Shown: one piece after another, positions 7,806 through 17,433 of the stretch
Layout: every line of letters starts with the position of its first letter
Numbering within the stretch: the stretch's first letter is position 1
Source of the DNA: a virus
Taxonomy: Duplodnaviria > Caudoviricetes
Reading direction: 5' to 3' (one strand)
IMG/VR virus record: IMGVR_UViG_3300044701_000880
Coordinates: 1-40,899 of that record
Length of the DNA: 40,899 nucleotides
Position numbers and translations under genes: made by a program
Notes under the pieces: model-generated
The model's database searches: none
Seen by the model: the letters and a program-made list of their open reading frames with translations, nothing else
What the model was told of the DNA's origin: nothing

Positions 7806-7875
7806 TCCCATTCCCTCTCACTTCTATCCTCCGTCCCTCGACTTTCGGCCGTTTTCCTTGGTCCTTTGACCTCGG
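7806..7875. repeat. Degenerate heptamer tandem array
   Basis: TCCCATT CCCTCTC ACTTCTA TCCTCCG TCCCTCG ACTTTCG GCCGTTT TCCTTGG TCCTTTG ACCTCGG. Confidence 0.55.
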
Positions 7876-8055
7876 ATTGTTGGCGATTGTTCATGAATTG
7901 TTTGTTTCTATTAGTGGTTCATGATTTTTACTGGCGTAGGTCCGAGCCAGGGTCAGGGGCCCGGGGCGGGCGGTTGTCGGCGCGCGCCCAAAACGCGCCA
8001 AGTCAGTGGTTCTGCGGGGGCATTTAAAGTTAAATCGGCAAAAATCCGTGCATAT

Positions 8056-8132
8056 CGTATTAGTATAGGGAATAAATTTGAATCAACTTGCAATTTTTAC
8101 AGAGAATGCCAATCAATACAATAAGCCAATAA
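8056..8132 (-). repeat. 77-bp inverted repeat element, copy B
   Basis: Reverse complement TTATTGGCTTATTGTATTGATTGGCA-N38-CTATACTAATACG. Confidence 0.8.
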
Positions 8133-8213
8133 CTTATGATCCTAAGAAATATTTACAAAGGGGCTATGTACCACGGTACAATCTTCATATATTATCTGCT
8201 AAGGAGGTAGGTT

Positions 8214-8528
8214 ATGGCTACATTAGGCGGGAAGCGTGAAGGCGCAGGTCGTCCTGCAGGTGCTAAGAACAAGCGGTCTGCTGAGATTGAAGAAAAACTT
8301 GCAGCACTTAACTGCGATCCAATTGAAGGGATGGCAACGATTGCTGCTGACCCAACAGCTAGTCTTGAATTGAAGTTACAAGCGTTTAAGGAATTAGCCC
8401 AGTACGTGGCTCCTAAGCGCAAGGCTGTTGAGATGGAGATCGAGGGCAACGGTTCATTTAATATTAATGTCGTACGGTTTAGCGACGTAGCAAAGGACCT
8501 TGATGGCGGAGATAACGGTACCAGTTGA
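8214..8528 (+). CDS. terS: Terminase small subunit
   Basis: GGKREGAGRPAGAKNK N-terminus, LAQYVAPKRKAVE; AAGGAGGT RBS; directly upstream of TerL. Confidence 0.8.
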   Translation: MATLGGKREGAGRPAGAKNKRSAEIEEKLAALNCDPIEGMATIAADPTASLELKLQAFKELAQYVAPKRKAVEMEIEGNGSFNINVVRFSDVAKDLDGGDNGTS

Positions 8529-9798
8529 TTGGGCTCCAAGGCCTTATCAGTTTCCATTATGGAAATTTTTAGAAGACGGCGGTAAGCGAGCTGTTGCTGT
8601 TTGGCATCGGCGCGCAGGTAAAGACTTGCTGTCAATTAATTGGTGTGCAGTGTCAGCATTGACAAGGCCTGGGTTATACTGGCACTTGTTTCCAACTTAT
8701 AACCAGGGGAGAAAGATCGCTTGGGACGGGATGACCCGTGACGGTAGGAAGTTCATTGACCACTTTCCAAAGGAAACTTGGGAGGCAGTCAACAATACCG
8801 AGATGCGATTAACATTAAAGAATGGCTCGATCTATCAGGTGGTGGGTACCGACAACGTTGACCGATTGGTTGGTGCAAATCCCGTCGGAGTCGTCTTCTC
8901 TGAATACTCCCTCCAAGATCCCCGAGCATGGGATTACATTCGTCCCATCTTGGCTGAAAATGGAGGATGGGCATTATTTATTTATACCGCTCGAGGTCGA
9001 AACCATGGATACGATTTACTCAACATGGCAAGACGAAACGAGAAGTGGTTTCAGCAAACACTGAGTGTTGATGATACCAGGGCCATTAGCCAAGAGGCGG
9101 TAGACGAGGAACGTGAGTCAGGCATGCCTGATGAGATGATCCAGCAAGAGTTTTATTGTAGCTTTGATGCCCCACTAGTAGGTTCTTACTATGGTAACGC
9201 GATGGCTAGGTTACTTGCTGATGGTAAGATTACCGGGGTTCCATATGAGTCACGCCTTGAGGTCCATACATCTTGGGACCTTGGCATGGGTGATTCAACC
9301 TCAATTATCTTCTTCCAGCGCCACGGTGGTGAGATCAGGATCATTGATTACTACGAGAGTAGCGGTGAGGGTTTAGCCCATTACGTTAAGATCTTAAAGG
9401 AAAAAGAATACATCTACGGCGAGCATATTGCACCACATGACATTCAAGTCAGGGAGATGGGCACAGGAAAGAGTCGGTTAGAAGTTGCCCGTGAACTGGG
9501 GATTAGGTTTCGTGTTGCTGCTAACCTTCGGATTGATGATGGTATTGAAGCAGTTCGGACAACCTTACCTAAGTGTTTCTTTGATGAGAAGAAGTGCAGC
9601 CATCTAATTGAAGCCTTGCGCCAGTACCGTAAGGACTTTGACGAGAAGAACAAAGTTTTCCGAGATCGTCCGTTGCACGATTGGACCAGTCACCCAGCGG
9701 ACGCGATGCGTTACCTAGCTGTTGGACTACGCGACCAGTTAAATATGAACGCAAAGAAATTACCGCGGATGGCTGACATGGATTATCAGATCTTATGA
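8503..9798 (+). CDS. terL: Terminase large subunit
   Basis: PRPYQ, HRRAGKD Walker A, VVFSE Walker B, WDLG nuclease motif, HDWTSHPADA. Confidence 0.95.
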   Translation: MAEITVPVDWAPRPYQFPLWKFLEDGGKRAVAVWHRRAGKDLLSINWCAVSALTRPGLYWHLFPTYNQGRKIAWDGMTRDGRKFIDHFPKETWEAVNNTEMRLTLKNGSIYQVVGTDNVDRLVGANPVGVVFSEYSLQDPRAWDYIRPILAENGGWALFIYTARGRNHGYDLLNMARRNEKWFQQTLSVDDTRAISQEAVDEERESGMPDEMIQQEFYCSFDAPLVGSYYGNAMARLLADGKITGVPYESRLEVHTSWDLGMGDSTSIIFFQRHGGEIRIIDYYESSGEGLAHYVKILKEKEYIYGEHIAPHDIQVREMGTGKSRLEVARELGIRFRVAANLRIDDGIEAVRTTLPKCFFDEKKCSHLIEALRQYRKDFDEKNKVFRDRPLHDWTSHPADAMRYLAVGLRDQLNMNAKKLPRMADMDYQIL

Positions 9799-10244
9799 TC
9801 AGACCGTTTACCTTAGACGATCTACCCACCATGGTTGAGCTAGGAAAGATCATGCATGAGGAATCGGTTTACCGTGATCTTGACTTTGATGCGCAAAAGT
9901 TAATTGACCTAGGCCATCACTATATTGCTAACCCCGAAACTTGCTGGTCAGCAGTTGCTGAAGTTGATGGTAAAATCATAGGTATGTACGCCGGATACAT
10001 TACGGAGTACTATTTCGGTAAGGACCTAATTGCACAAGATTTGCTTCTCTTTGTTGATCCTACTAAACGCGGTGGCCTTGCTGCCGTGAAGTTGATTACA
10101 GCATTTGAGGACTGGGCTTTTGCAAAAGGTGTAAAGGAAGTATGTCCTGCGTCGTCGACGATGGTAGCTCCTGAAAGAACTGCCATGTTGTACAACTTGT
10201 TAGGATATACTAACGTCGGTAGTTTATTTAAAAAGAGGAGATGA
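9795..10244 (+). CDS. GNAT-family acetyltransferase
   Basis: MIRPFTLDD, LFVDPTKRGG, AFEDWA, LYNLLGY. Confidence 0.8.
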   Translation: MIRPFTLDDLPTMVELGKIMHEESVYRDLDFDAQKLIDLGHHYIANPETCWSAVAEVDGKIIGMYAGYITEYYFGKDLIAQDLLLFVDPTKRGGLAAVKLITAFEDWAFAKGVKEVCPASSTMVAPERTAMLYNLLGYTNVGSLFKKRR

Positions 10245-10246
10245 TT

Positions 10247-10471
10247 ATGTGCGGTGGCGGCGGCGGTAGTCCCCCTCCTGTACCTCCAGCACCTCCGCCT
10301 CCAGCGGCGGATAATGCTATGGTCCAGGAAACTCAAGCAAAGCAACGTAAATTAGAGCGCAGTGCCGCAGGAAGGTCTAGCACTATCTTGACCGGACCTA
10401 CTGGCATTAGCACCATGGATGAAACAACAAAGAAGAAAACATTAGGTTCTTCATCTTTACTAGGCGGTTAA
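10247..10471 (+). CDS. Small Pro-rich virion/assembly protein
   Basis: MCGGGGGSPPPVPP...GRSSTILTG...LLGG immediately before portal; GAGGAG RBS. Confidence 0.7.
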   Translation: MCGGGGGSPPPVPPAPPPPAADNAMVQETQAKQRKLERSAAGRSSTILTGPTGISTMDETTKKKTLGSSSLLGG

Positions 10472-10472
10472 T

Positions 10473-12146
10473 GTGGATAATCCAAAGGATCTGGTATCAG
10501 TCATCACTGATCGGTTAGGTAAACTAACCACGATTAGGTCACCATGGGAAACCTTGTGGCAAGACTGTACTGATTATGTAAACCCAAGGCGCGGTGATTT
10601 TAATGCTGTACGCGCACAAGGTGACCGTACTCGGTATGATCGCGTGTATGATTCAACCGCTCCTTTGGCTAATGAACAATTAGCTGCTGGTCTTCATGGT
10701 TATTTAACTGCACCTTCTGAACAATGGTTTGGATTGCAAGTTGAAAAACGCATTGACGATGTAGATGATCCTACAAATCTTTGGCTACAGAACGTAAGTG
10801 AACTTATGTTCCGTGAAGTGTTTCACTCACCATCGTCTAACTTTGGTTCCATGGTGCATGAACTATACATTGACTTAGGTGCTTATGGTACTGCGGTGAT
10901 GTATGTTGAAGATCGCCCTGGTAAACCAATTAACTTTAGAACGTATCACCTTGCTGAATGCTATATCTCTGAATCACCTGAGGGTGTCATTGATACCGTG
11001 TATCGCAAGTATAAACATACAGCGCGTCAATTAGTTCAGTTGTATCGTGATAAGCTGCCTGAGAAGTTTATTGAGAATGCATATAAAGATCCACACAAGG
11101 AATTTACTTGCATTCATGCAGTAGAACCACGCGATAGTTTTAATCCTGACTCTGCCCTTGCTAAGGACATGCCTTGGATGAGTGCCTATGTCTTAGAAGA
11201 AGAAAAGATTCTTCTTGATGTTGGTGGCTTTAAAGAGTTTCCATACATGGTACCACGCTGGACAAAGACCGCAGGTGAGGTATATGGTCGTTCACCATCC
11301 ATGACTGCGTTGCCAGACATTAAGATGGTTAATGAGATGAGTAAGACAGTGATCAAGGCGGCGCAAAAAGCTACTGATCCACCACTCATGGTTCCTGACG
11401 ATGGCTTTATGCTGCCATTGCGCACTATCCCAGGTGGTCTTAACTACTACCGTTCAGGTACCACTGATACCGTAAGACCCCTTGTTGAGGGCCTACGCCC
11501 TGACATCGGTCTAGACTTTATTGAATCACGGCGTCAACATATCCTAAAGACCTACCACGTAGACTGGATGCAGATGCGTGAAGGTCCTAGCATGACAGCC
11601 ACCGAAGTATTGCAGCGGCAAGAAGAACGTATGCGGTTGATGGGACCAATGGTTGGTCGCTTACAAACCGAGTTTTTAGGACCCTTGATTGATCGCGTGT
11701 TTAATATTATGAATCGTCGTCGTATGTTACCGCCGGCACCTCCCATGGCGCAAGGACGTAATCTACGTATTGACTACGTATCACCAGTTGCTCGCGCCCA
11801 AAAGACACAACAACTATTTAGCTTCACACGGTTGTTAGAGACCTTAGTGCCACTAGCAAATGTTAAACCTGAGATCTTTGATAACCTCAATGCTGATGGT
11901 ACGGTTCGCTGGGCACACCGATTGTTAGATGCCCCACAAGAAACCTTACTGTCTACTGAAGAAGTTGCTAAGATTCGTGAGGGTCGCGCCCAACAGCAAC
12001 AACAAATGCAAGATGTGGCAACAGGCCGTGAACTTGCAGCTACTGCTAAGGACGCAGCTAATGCAGCCGCCGTAGCCCCTGGTTTAGGTGAACAGCCACC
12101 AAGCCAAGGAATTGATCAACAACAACCGATGGGACCAATGCAGTGA
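10473..12146 (+). CDS. Portal (head-tail connector), T7 gp8/BPP-1-like
   Basis: YDSTA, PYMVPRW, GEVYGRSP, MTATEV, YVSPVARAQ. Confidence 0.93.
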   Translation: MDNPKDLVSVITDRLGKLTTIRSPWETLWQDCTDYVNPRRGDFNAVRAQGDRTRYDRVYDSTAPLANEQLAAGLHGYLTAPSEQWFGLQVEKRIDDVDDPTNLWLQNVSELMFREVFHSPSSNFGSMVHELYIDLGAYGTAVMYVEDRPGKPINFRTYHLAECYISESPEGVIDTVYRKYKHTARQLVQLYRDKLPEKFIENAYKDPHKEFTCIHAVEPRDSFNPDSALAKDMPWMSAYVLEEEKILLDVGGFKEFPYMVPRWTKTAGEVYGRSPSMTALPDIKMVNEMSKTVIKAAQKATDPPLMVPDDGFMLPLRTIPGGLNYYRSGTTDTVRPLVEGLRPDIGLDFIESRRQHILKTYHVDWMQMREGPSMTATEVLQRQEERMRLMGPMVGRLQTEFLGPLIDRVFNIMNRRRMLPPAPPMAQGRNLRIDYVSPVARAQKTQQLFSFTRLLETLVPLANVKPEIFDNLNADGTVRWAHRLLDAPQETLLSTEEVAKIREGRAQQQQQMQDVATGRELAATAKDAANAAAVAPGLGEQPPSQGIDQQQPMGPMQ

Positions 12147-12391
12147 AATCACAAGACTTAATGAAACTGCACGACTCTTATAAGGTTATTTTTTCCACAC
12201 CTGATGGCGAACGAGTATTAGACCATCTATGCAAGATTAGCTTTCTTGCTGATACAAGTTACGTAGCAGGTGATCCCTATGAGACAGCACACCGTGAAGG
12301 TCAACGCCGTCTTGTACTTAGCATCTTGCGGTTTTTGGAAAGAGACCCAAGACAAATCATGAAACAAATGGAGGCAATGCAAAATGAGTGA
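12143..12391 (+). CDS. Conserved small protein after portal (Bbp19-like)
   Basis: FSTPDGERVLDHL...TAHREGQR. Confidence 0.75.
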   Translation: MKSQDLMKLHDSYKVIFSTPDGERVLDHLCKISFLADTSYVAGDPYETAHREGQRRLVLSILRFLERDPRQIMKQMEAMQNE

Positions 12392-13244
12392 AGTAGACAC
12401 AGGGTCCGTAGTAAATGATGGTGGCGCATCCACTGCACCAACCGTCGCAGCGGGCAGCTCGAGTGGTTCTATCGATTGGCGTTCAGCTCTCGATGAGGGC
12501 TTAAGGTCTGATCCTACTCTAGCTGATATTAAAGACTTAAACGGTCTTGCAAAATCTTATGTCCATGCCCAACGCATGGTTGGTAAGGATAAACTAGTTA
12601 TCCCAGGAGAAGGTGCAGATCCTACTGAATGGGATTCTTTTTACGAGAAGCTAGGTAGACCTCAAGATGGTAAGTACAATTTAGATCCTAAGGGTATCAT
12701 CCCTGATGATATGCCGTTTCAACCAGAAGCTATTGATCACTTTAAGAAGGTGTTTCATGAGGCTGGATTATCACAAAAGCAAGCTGAAACTGTATTTAAA
12801 AACTACATGCAGTTTGCCGGTGAGCAACATACTAACATGATGACCACTGGTCAGCAGCAACGTGAGCAATGGGTCACTGATGTTAAAAAAGAATTTGGCA
12901 AAGCCTATGACCAAAAGATTGACCTGGCTGTAAGAGCGGTTGATACCTTTGGGGGTGAAGATATGAAGAAGTGGCTAAATGAAACTGGGCTTGGCGACAA
13001 CCCAATGTTCATTAAAGTCTTTTCTAAGATTGGTGAGAAGATGCAAGAGTCACTAACTCAACCAGGACAGTCTGGTGGCTTTACATTAACACCTGATGCA
13101 GCAAGACAAGAGATTGCAAGGATGCAGCGTGATGATAAGTTTATGGCTGCTTACTTAAGTCCAGCAACAGAAGGACACGCTGAAGCCGTTAAGAAGATGC
13201 ACGAACTTTACGGCTTTGCCTATCCGGAAGAAGTCGGATCTTAA
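12384..13244 (+). CDS. Capsid scaffolding/assembly protein
   Basis: LAKSY, KLGRP, GLSQKQA, GLGDNP; between portal and MCP. Confidence 0.8.
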   Translation: MSEVDTGSVVNDGGASTAPTVAAGSSSGSIDWRSALDEGLRSDPTLADIKDLNGLAKSYVHAQRMVGKDKLVIPGEGADPTEWDSFYEKLGRPQDGKYNLDPKGIIPDDMPFQPEAIDHFKKVFHEAGLSQKQAETVFKNYMQFAGEQHTNMMTTGQQQREQWVTDVKKEFGKAYDQKIDLAVRAVDTFGGEDMKKWLNETGLGDNPMFIKVFSKIGEKMQESLTQPGQSGGFTLTPDAARQEIARMQRDDKFMAAYLSPATEGHAEAVKKMHELYGFAYPEEVGS

Positions 13245-13278
13245 AAAAAGTTTAACTAGTGTACAGTTTTACTGTATT

Positions 13279-13368
13279 ATGCTAGTAACGGGTAACCCGA
13301 AAGGGTCCGGTGGCATCGCCTAGCCAGAAGGGTATGTGGGGGTCCGTTTGGGCAACCTCTGCGAGCAT
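13279..13368 (+). promoter_or_regulatory. Structured RNA leader upstream of major capsid gene
   Basis: Closing ATGCT/AGCAT stem and three hairpins, one with a GAAA tetraloop. Confidence 0.55.
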
Positions 13369-13401
13369 TGTATTTAACTTTAACTGATATAAGGAGGACA
13401 T

Positions 13402-14286
13402 ATGTCCATTCAAATCACTACAGCATTTGTACAACAGTACCGTGCAAACGTAGAACACCTTGTTCAGCAAAAAGGTTCACGCTTGCGCCCGCTGGTTCGA
13501 GCTGAATCTCAGAATGCTGAATTCGACTTCTATGACCGTATTGGTGCTACATTGGCCCAAGAAGTAACTGGCCGTCACCAAGATACTCCGTTGATCAACG
13601 TTCCGCACGATCGTCGTCGCGTTTCTTTGCGCGATTTCGACTGGGCAGATCTCATTGATCGTACAGATCGTATCCGCATGTTGATTGACCCAACCTCACC
13701 TTATAGCCAGAATGCTGCTTATGCATTAGGCCGTAAGATGGACGAAGTCATTCTAGATGCTGCTTTTGCATCCGTTTCCACTGGTAAAACCGGTTCATCG
13801 TCTGTATCATTCCCAAATACCCAACAAGTTGCAGTTGACTATGTTGAGAGTGGATCTGCTGCAAACTCTGGTTTAACCATTGGTAAACTACGTCGTGCTA
13901 AGCAAATCTTGGACGCTAACGAAGTAGATCCGACAGAGCGTCGTTATATTGCTGTAACAGCTAAGCAAATCAACGACCTGCTAAGAACTACTGAAGTTAC
14001 TAGCGCAGACTTTAATACTGTCCGTGCTTTGGTTCAGGGTGAGCTTAACAGCTTTATGGGTTTTGAGTTTGTCCGTACCGAATTGGTTAGAACTAATGCT
14101 TCTAGTCAACGTCGTTGCGTGGCATGGGCACAATCAGGATTGTTGTTAGCTGTTGGTGCTGACATCACTGTTGATATCGGTCCACGTCGTGACAAGCGCA
14201 ATTCCACCCAGGTCTACGTTTCTGCTTCATTCGGCGCAACCCGTATGGAAGAAGAAAAAGTAGTTGAATTAATTTGCGCTGAATAA
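13402..14286 (+). CDS. Major capsid protein
   Basis: QITTAFVQQY...QQKGSRLR, AYALGRKMD, FMGFEF, GATRMEE; TAAGGAGG RBS. Confidence 0.92.
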   Translation: MSIQITTAFVQQYRANVEHLVQQKGSRLRPLVRAESQNAEFDFYDRIGATLAQEVTGRHQDTPLINVPHDRRRVSLRDFDWADLIDRTDRIRMLIDPTSPYSQNAAYALGRKMDEVILDAAFASVSTGKTGSSSVSFPNTQQVAVDYVESGSAANSGLTIGKLRRAKQILDANEVDPTERRYIAVTAKQINDLLRTTEVTSADFNTVRALVQGELNSFMGFEFVRTELVRTNASSQRRCVAWAQSGLLLAVGADITVDIGPRRDKRNSTQVYVSASFGATRMEEEKVVELICAE

Positions 14287-14297
14287 GGAGAACAGAC

Positions 14298-14750
14298 ATG
14301 GCTACTTTTAATTCTACTGAATACGCTAACAACGTTGCAACCCCACCGGCAATGAACGACAGCTGCGATGAGCACGGTCGGGTTCGCGTTAACTCGTTTA
14401 CCTATACCCAATCAGGTGCAGGTTCGTCGGGTGACACTGTAAACCTTTGCATTTTGCCAGGCGGAAATCTTCGCATTGTTGGCTTAGTAGTAACAAGTTC
14501 AGCTTTTGGTGCTTCACGCACTCTAAAAGTTGGACATACTGCTTATGTTAACTTAGCAAAGACAACCGTGGCCGCAAACAGCACGGCGTTTTTAGCGTCA
14601 ACATCCATTGCAACAGCAGTAACTACCACGACTTACGTTACACAAAAACTAACTTCACGCGAAGGTATTCTTGTGCAAGCGTTAATCGAGGGCGGTACAC
14701 TCCCTGATGCAGCAACACTCTCTGGCTATATTTTGTACGCCATTGACTAA
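14298..14750 (+). CDS. Capsid cement/decoration protein (putative)
   Basis: Beta-rich 150-aa protein right after MCP, strong RBS, followed by a terminator. Confidence 0.6.
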   Translation: MATFNSTEYANNVATPPAMNDSCDEHGRVRVNSFTYTQSGAGSSGDTVNLCILPGGNLRIVGLVVTSSAFGASRTLKVGHTAYVNLAKTTVAANSTAFLASTSIATAVTTTTYVTQKLTSREGILVQALIEGGTLPDAATLSGYILYAID

Positions 14751-14767
14751 GTAGTAATGCAGCAATT

Positions 14768-14803
14768 AAGGGGGTCGGGTTCACGTGCCTGATCCCCTTC
14801 TTT
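14768..14803 (+). terminator. Rho-independent terminator after capsid genes
   Basis: AAGGGGGTCGGGT-TCACGT-GCCTGATCCCCTT then CTTT. Confidence 0.7.
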
Positions 14804-14818
14804 ACTTAGGAGCTTGAT

Positions 14819-15418
14819 ATGGCAACATCTGACATTGATATCGTTAACCGAGCATTAACAATGCTAGGTGTAGACCCAATTAATTCCTTGGCTGACTCAA
14901 CTAAGGCAGCAAGTACGGCAAACCGTTTATTTAACGACACTAGGGCAGCGGTCTTTAGAGGACATCCCTGGAATTGTCTTATCAAACGTGCCTCCTTACC
15001 ACAAGAAGCTCAAGCCCCACTGTATGGCTATGCATATGCATTTACCTTACCAGCCGATTTTTTACGTTTACTAAGTGTTGAAAACAATCTTGGTAAATAT
15101 AGTATTGAAGGTCGAAAGATCCTTTATGATGATGAGATTCTTCAAATTACCTATATCGCATTAGTCACTGACGTAATTGCCTATGATACGTTGTTGACCG
15201 ACGCGCTAGCTGCTCGTTTAGCGGCTGATATGGCGCATCCATTGCTACAAAGTACTGAAGCCATGGAGCGGATGTACAACTTATATGAATTAAAACTCCG
15301 TGAAGCTAAGTTCGTTGACGCGCAAGAAAATGCTCAAGACGTACTTGACACAGACTACTGGTTAGATTCAAGAACTGGCGTAACACCTAGCTGGATCTCA
15401 ACACCACCGAGGTATTAA
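14819..15418 (+). CDS. Tail tubular protein A / adaptor (gp11-like)
   Basis: IVNRALTMLG, HPWNC, LPADFLRL, IEGRKI. Confidence 0.85.
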   Translation: MATSDIDIVNRALTMLGVDPINSLADSTKAASTANRLFNDTRAAVFRGHPWNCLIKRASLPQEAQAPLYGYAYAFTLPADFLRLLSVENNLGKYSIEGRKILYDDEILQITYIALVTDVIAYDTLLTDALAARLAADMAHPLLQSTEAMERMYNLYELKLREAKFVDAQENAQDVLDTDYWLDSRTGVTPSWISTPPRY

Positions 15419-17433
15419 TGGCTAAGAGTACCCCGATTCAGACTAACTTTACCGGCGGTGAAATTAGTCCGCGGCTGCATGGCCGGGTTGACCTTGCTAA
15501 ATACGGATCAGCGTTAGAGCGCTGTGAAAACTTTATTGTTTTCCCTCACGGGGGTATGACTAAACGACCTGGTACTAGGTTTATTGCTAGTACTAAGGTC
15601 ACAACGGCCGTCAAGTTAATTCCGTTTATCTTCTCAACCACGCAATCATACATTTTAGAATTTGGGAATTTATACGTCCGTTTTTATCGTAATGAAGGCC
15701 AGCTATACAACGGGGGAAGTATCTATGAAATTGCTACACCATATACAACAGCTGATCTTGATGGCCTAGACTTTACGCAGTCTGCGGACATTTTATATTT
15801 AGTTCATAAAAGTTATCCAATTAAACAGTTAAATCGTCTAGGGGCTACAAACTGGACATTAACTGATTTTGCATTTAAAGATGGTCCGTATGATGCTGTT
15901 AATACAACAGCTACTACTGTAAATCCGCAGCATACTACTGGATCAACTACTATCACGGCAAGTACGGGTATTTTTGCTTCAACTGATGTAGGCAGGTGGA
16001 TTAGGATTGGCCATTCAACGGCTGACTGGGGTGCAGCTAAGATTACGGCTTATACCAGTGCCACACAAGTAACTGCCGCGGTAGATGCAGATTTGCCATT
16101 TCACGCAACAAGCGCAACAGCTACATGGCGACTTGGCAGCTGGTCTAATACCACTGGATGGCCGTCAGCCGTGTCATTCTTTCAAGAACGATTATTCTTT
16201 TCAGGATCCACTCAGAAGCCCTCTACCATTTGGGGGAGCAGGTCTGGTGACTTCCTTAGCTTTAGTCCTACAAATGAAAACGGTGAAGTCCTAGATGATT
16301 CTGCATTGAATTTTACATTGTCGACAGATCAGGTTAATGCCATTAGGTGGATCTATGGCGAAAAGCGCTTACAGATTGGTACATCAGATGGTCCATTTAT
16401 TCTATCGTCTGGCCGAAACTTTGAGGCGCTAACACCAACCAATGTGACCGTATCACGTGAAACAACAGATGGAAGTGCCGACGAACGGGTTGTTGGAGCT
16501 AGTAGAACTACCCTATACATTGACCGGTCAAGATTAAAAGTACGTGAACTTGCCTATGACGTAAATGCCGAGGGGTATACTTCACCAGACATGACTCTGT
16601 TAGCCGAGCATATTACCACTGGTTACATTAAGCAGATTGCTTACGCAAGATCACCAGACAATCTAGTTTGGGTATTACTACAAACTGGCGAACTTCGTTG
16701 CTTAACATACGAGCGTGAACAAGAGGTTGTGGCTTGGCATCGACACATCATTGGTGGCACTAATACGTTTGTAGAATCAATTGCAGTTATTCCTAAAAAT
16801 GACGAGTCGTCTGAACTTCTTTATATGGTTGTGCGTCGAACAATTAATGGGGCTACTGTAAAATATGTAGAATACTTAGAACGATCATTTGATACGGCTA
16901 AAGGTGACACCCTTCAACAAGCCCACTTCGTAGATAGCGGGTTGTCTTACTCTGGTACTGCTACTAGTACATTAACTGGATTAAGCCATTTAGAAGGCCA
17001 GGTTGTTCAAGTCTTTGTTAATGGAGCTGTGCATCCTGATCGAACAGTAGCAAGCGGTCAGATTACTTTAGATCGCCCGGCTACAACGGCAGCCGTAGGT
17101 CTTGGCTACGTAGCTAAAGCCCGCACATTAGACCCGGAAGTTCAGACAGAAAACGGACCAAGTCAGGGTAAAATAAGACGTATTGAACGCGTCACCTTTA
17201 GGGTTGTAGATACGTTTAACTTGAAGTTTGGCGTCAGTGAGAGTAATTTAGAGATTATTCCATTTAGGGAGGCAGGTTCAGCCATGGGTAGTGTTGAATT
17301 ATTTAGCGGAGATAAACGGGTATTATTGCAGCATACGCCAACTCGCGAATTTACTTTGACTATTCAATCTGATACTCCGCATCCCGCCACAATCTTAATG
17401 ATTATGTACGCCATGGTGGTATCTGAACGATGA
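15418..17433 (+). CDS. Tail tubular protein B / nozzle (gp12-like)
   Basis: QTNFTGGEISPRL, TQSADIL, GWPSAVSFFQERL, QEVVAWHRH. Confidence 0.9.
   Translation: MAKSTPIQTNFTGGEISPRLHGRVDLAKYGSALERCENFIVFPHGGMTKRPGTRFIASTKVTTAVKLIPFIFSTTQSYILEFGNLYVRFYRNEGQLYNGGSIYEIATPYTTADLDGLDFTQSADILYLVHKSYPIKQLNRLGATNWTLTDFAFKDGPYDAVNTTATTVNPQHTTGSTTITASTGIFASTDVGRWIRIGHSTADWGAAKITAYTSATQVTAAVDADLPFHATSATATWRLGSWSNTTGWPSAVSFFQERLFFSGSTQKPSTIWGSRSGDFLSFSPTNENGEVLDDSALNFTLSTDQVNAIRWIYGEKRLQIGTSDGPFILSSGRNFEALTPTNVTVSRETTDGSADERVVGASRTTLYIDRSRLKVRELAYDVNAEGYTSPDMTLLAEHITTGYIKQIAYARSPDNLVWVLLQTGELRCLTYEREQEVVAWHRHIIGGTNTFVESIAVIPKNDESSELLYMVVRRTINGATVKYVEYLERSFDTAKGDTLQQAHFVDSGLSYSGTATSTLTGLSHLEGQVVQVFVNGAVHPDRTVASGQITLDRPATTAAVGLGYVAKARTLDPEVQTENGPSQGKIRRIERVTFRVVDTFNLKFGVSESNLEIIPFREAGSAMGSVELFSGDKRVLLQHTPTREFTLTIQSDTPHPATILMIMYAMVVSER

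Noticed and set aside
7921-8124. 67-aa ORF in the divergent intergenic region
   Set aside because: No RBS, and it spans the GC-rich patch and repeat element; probably non-coding.
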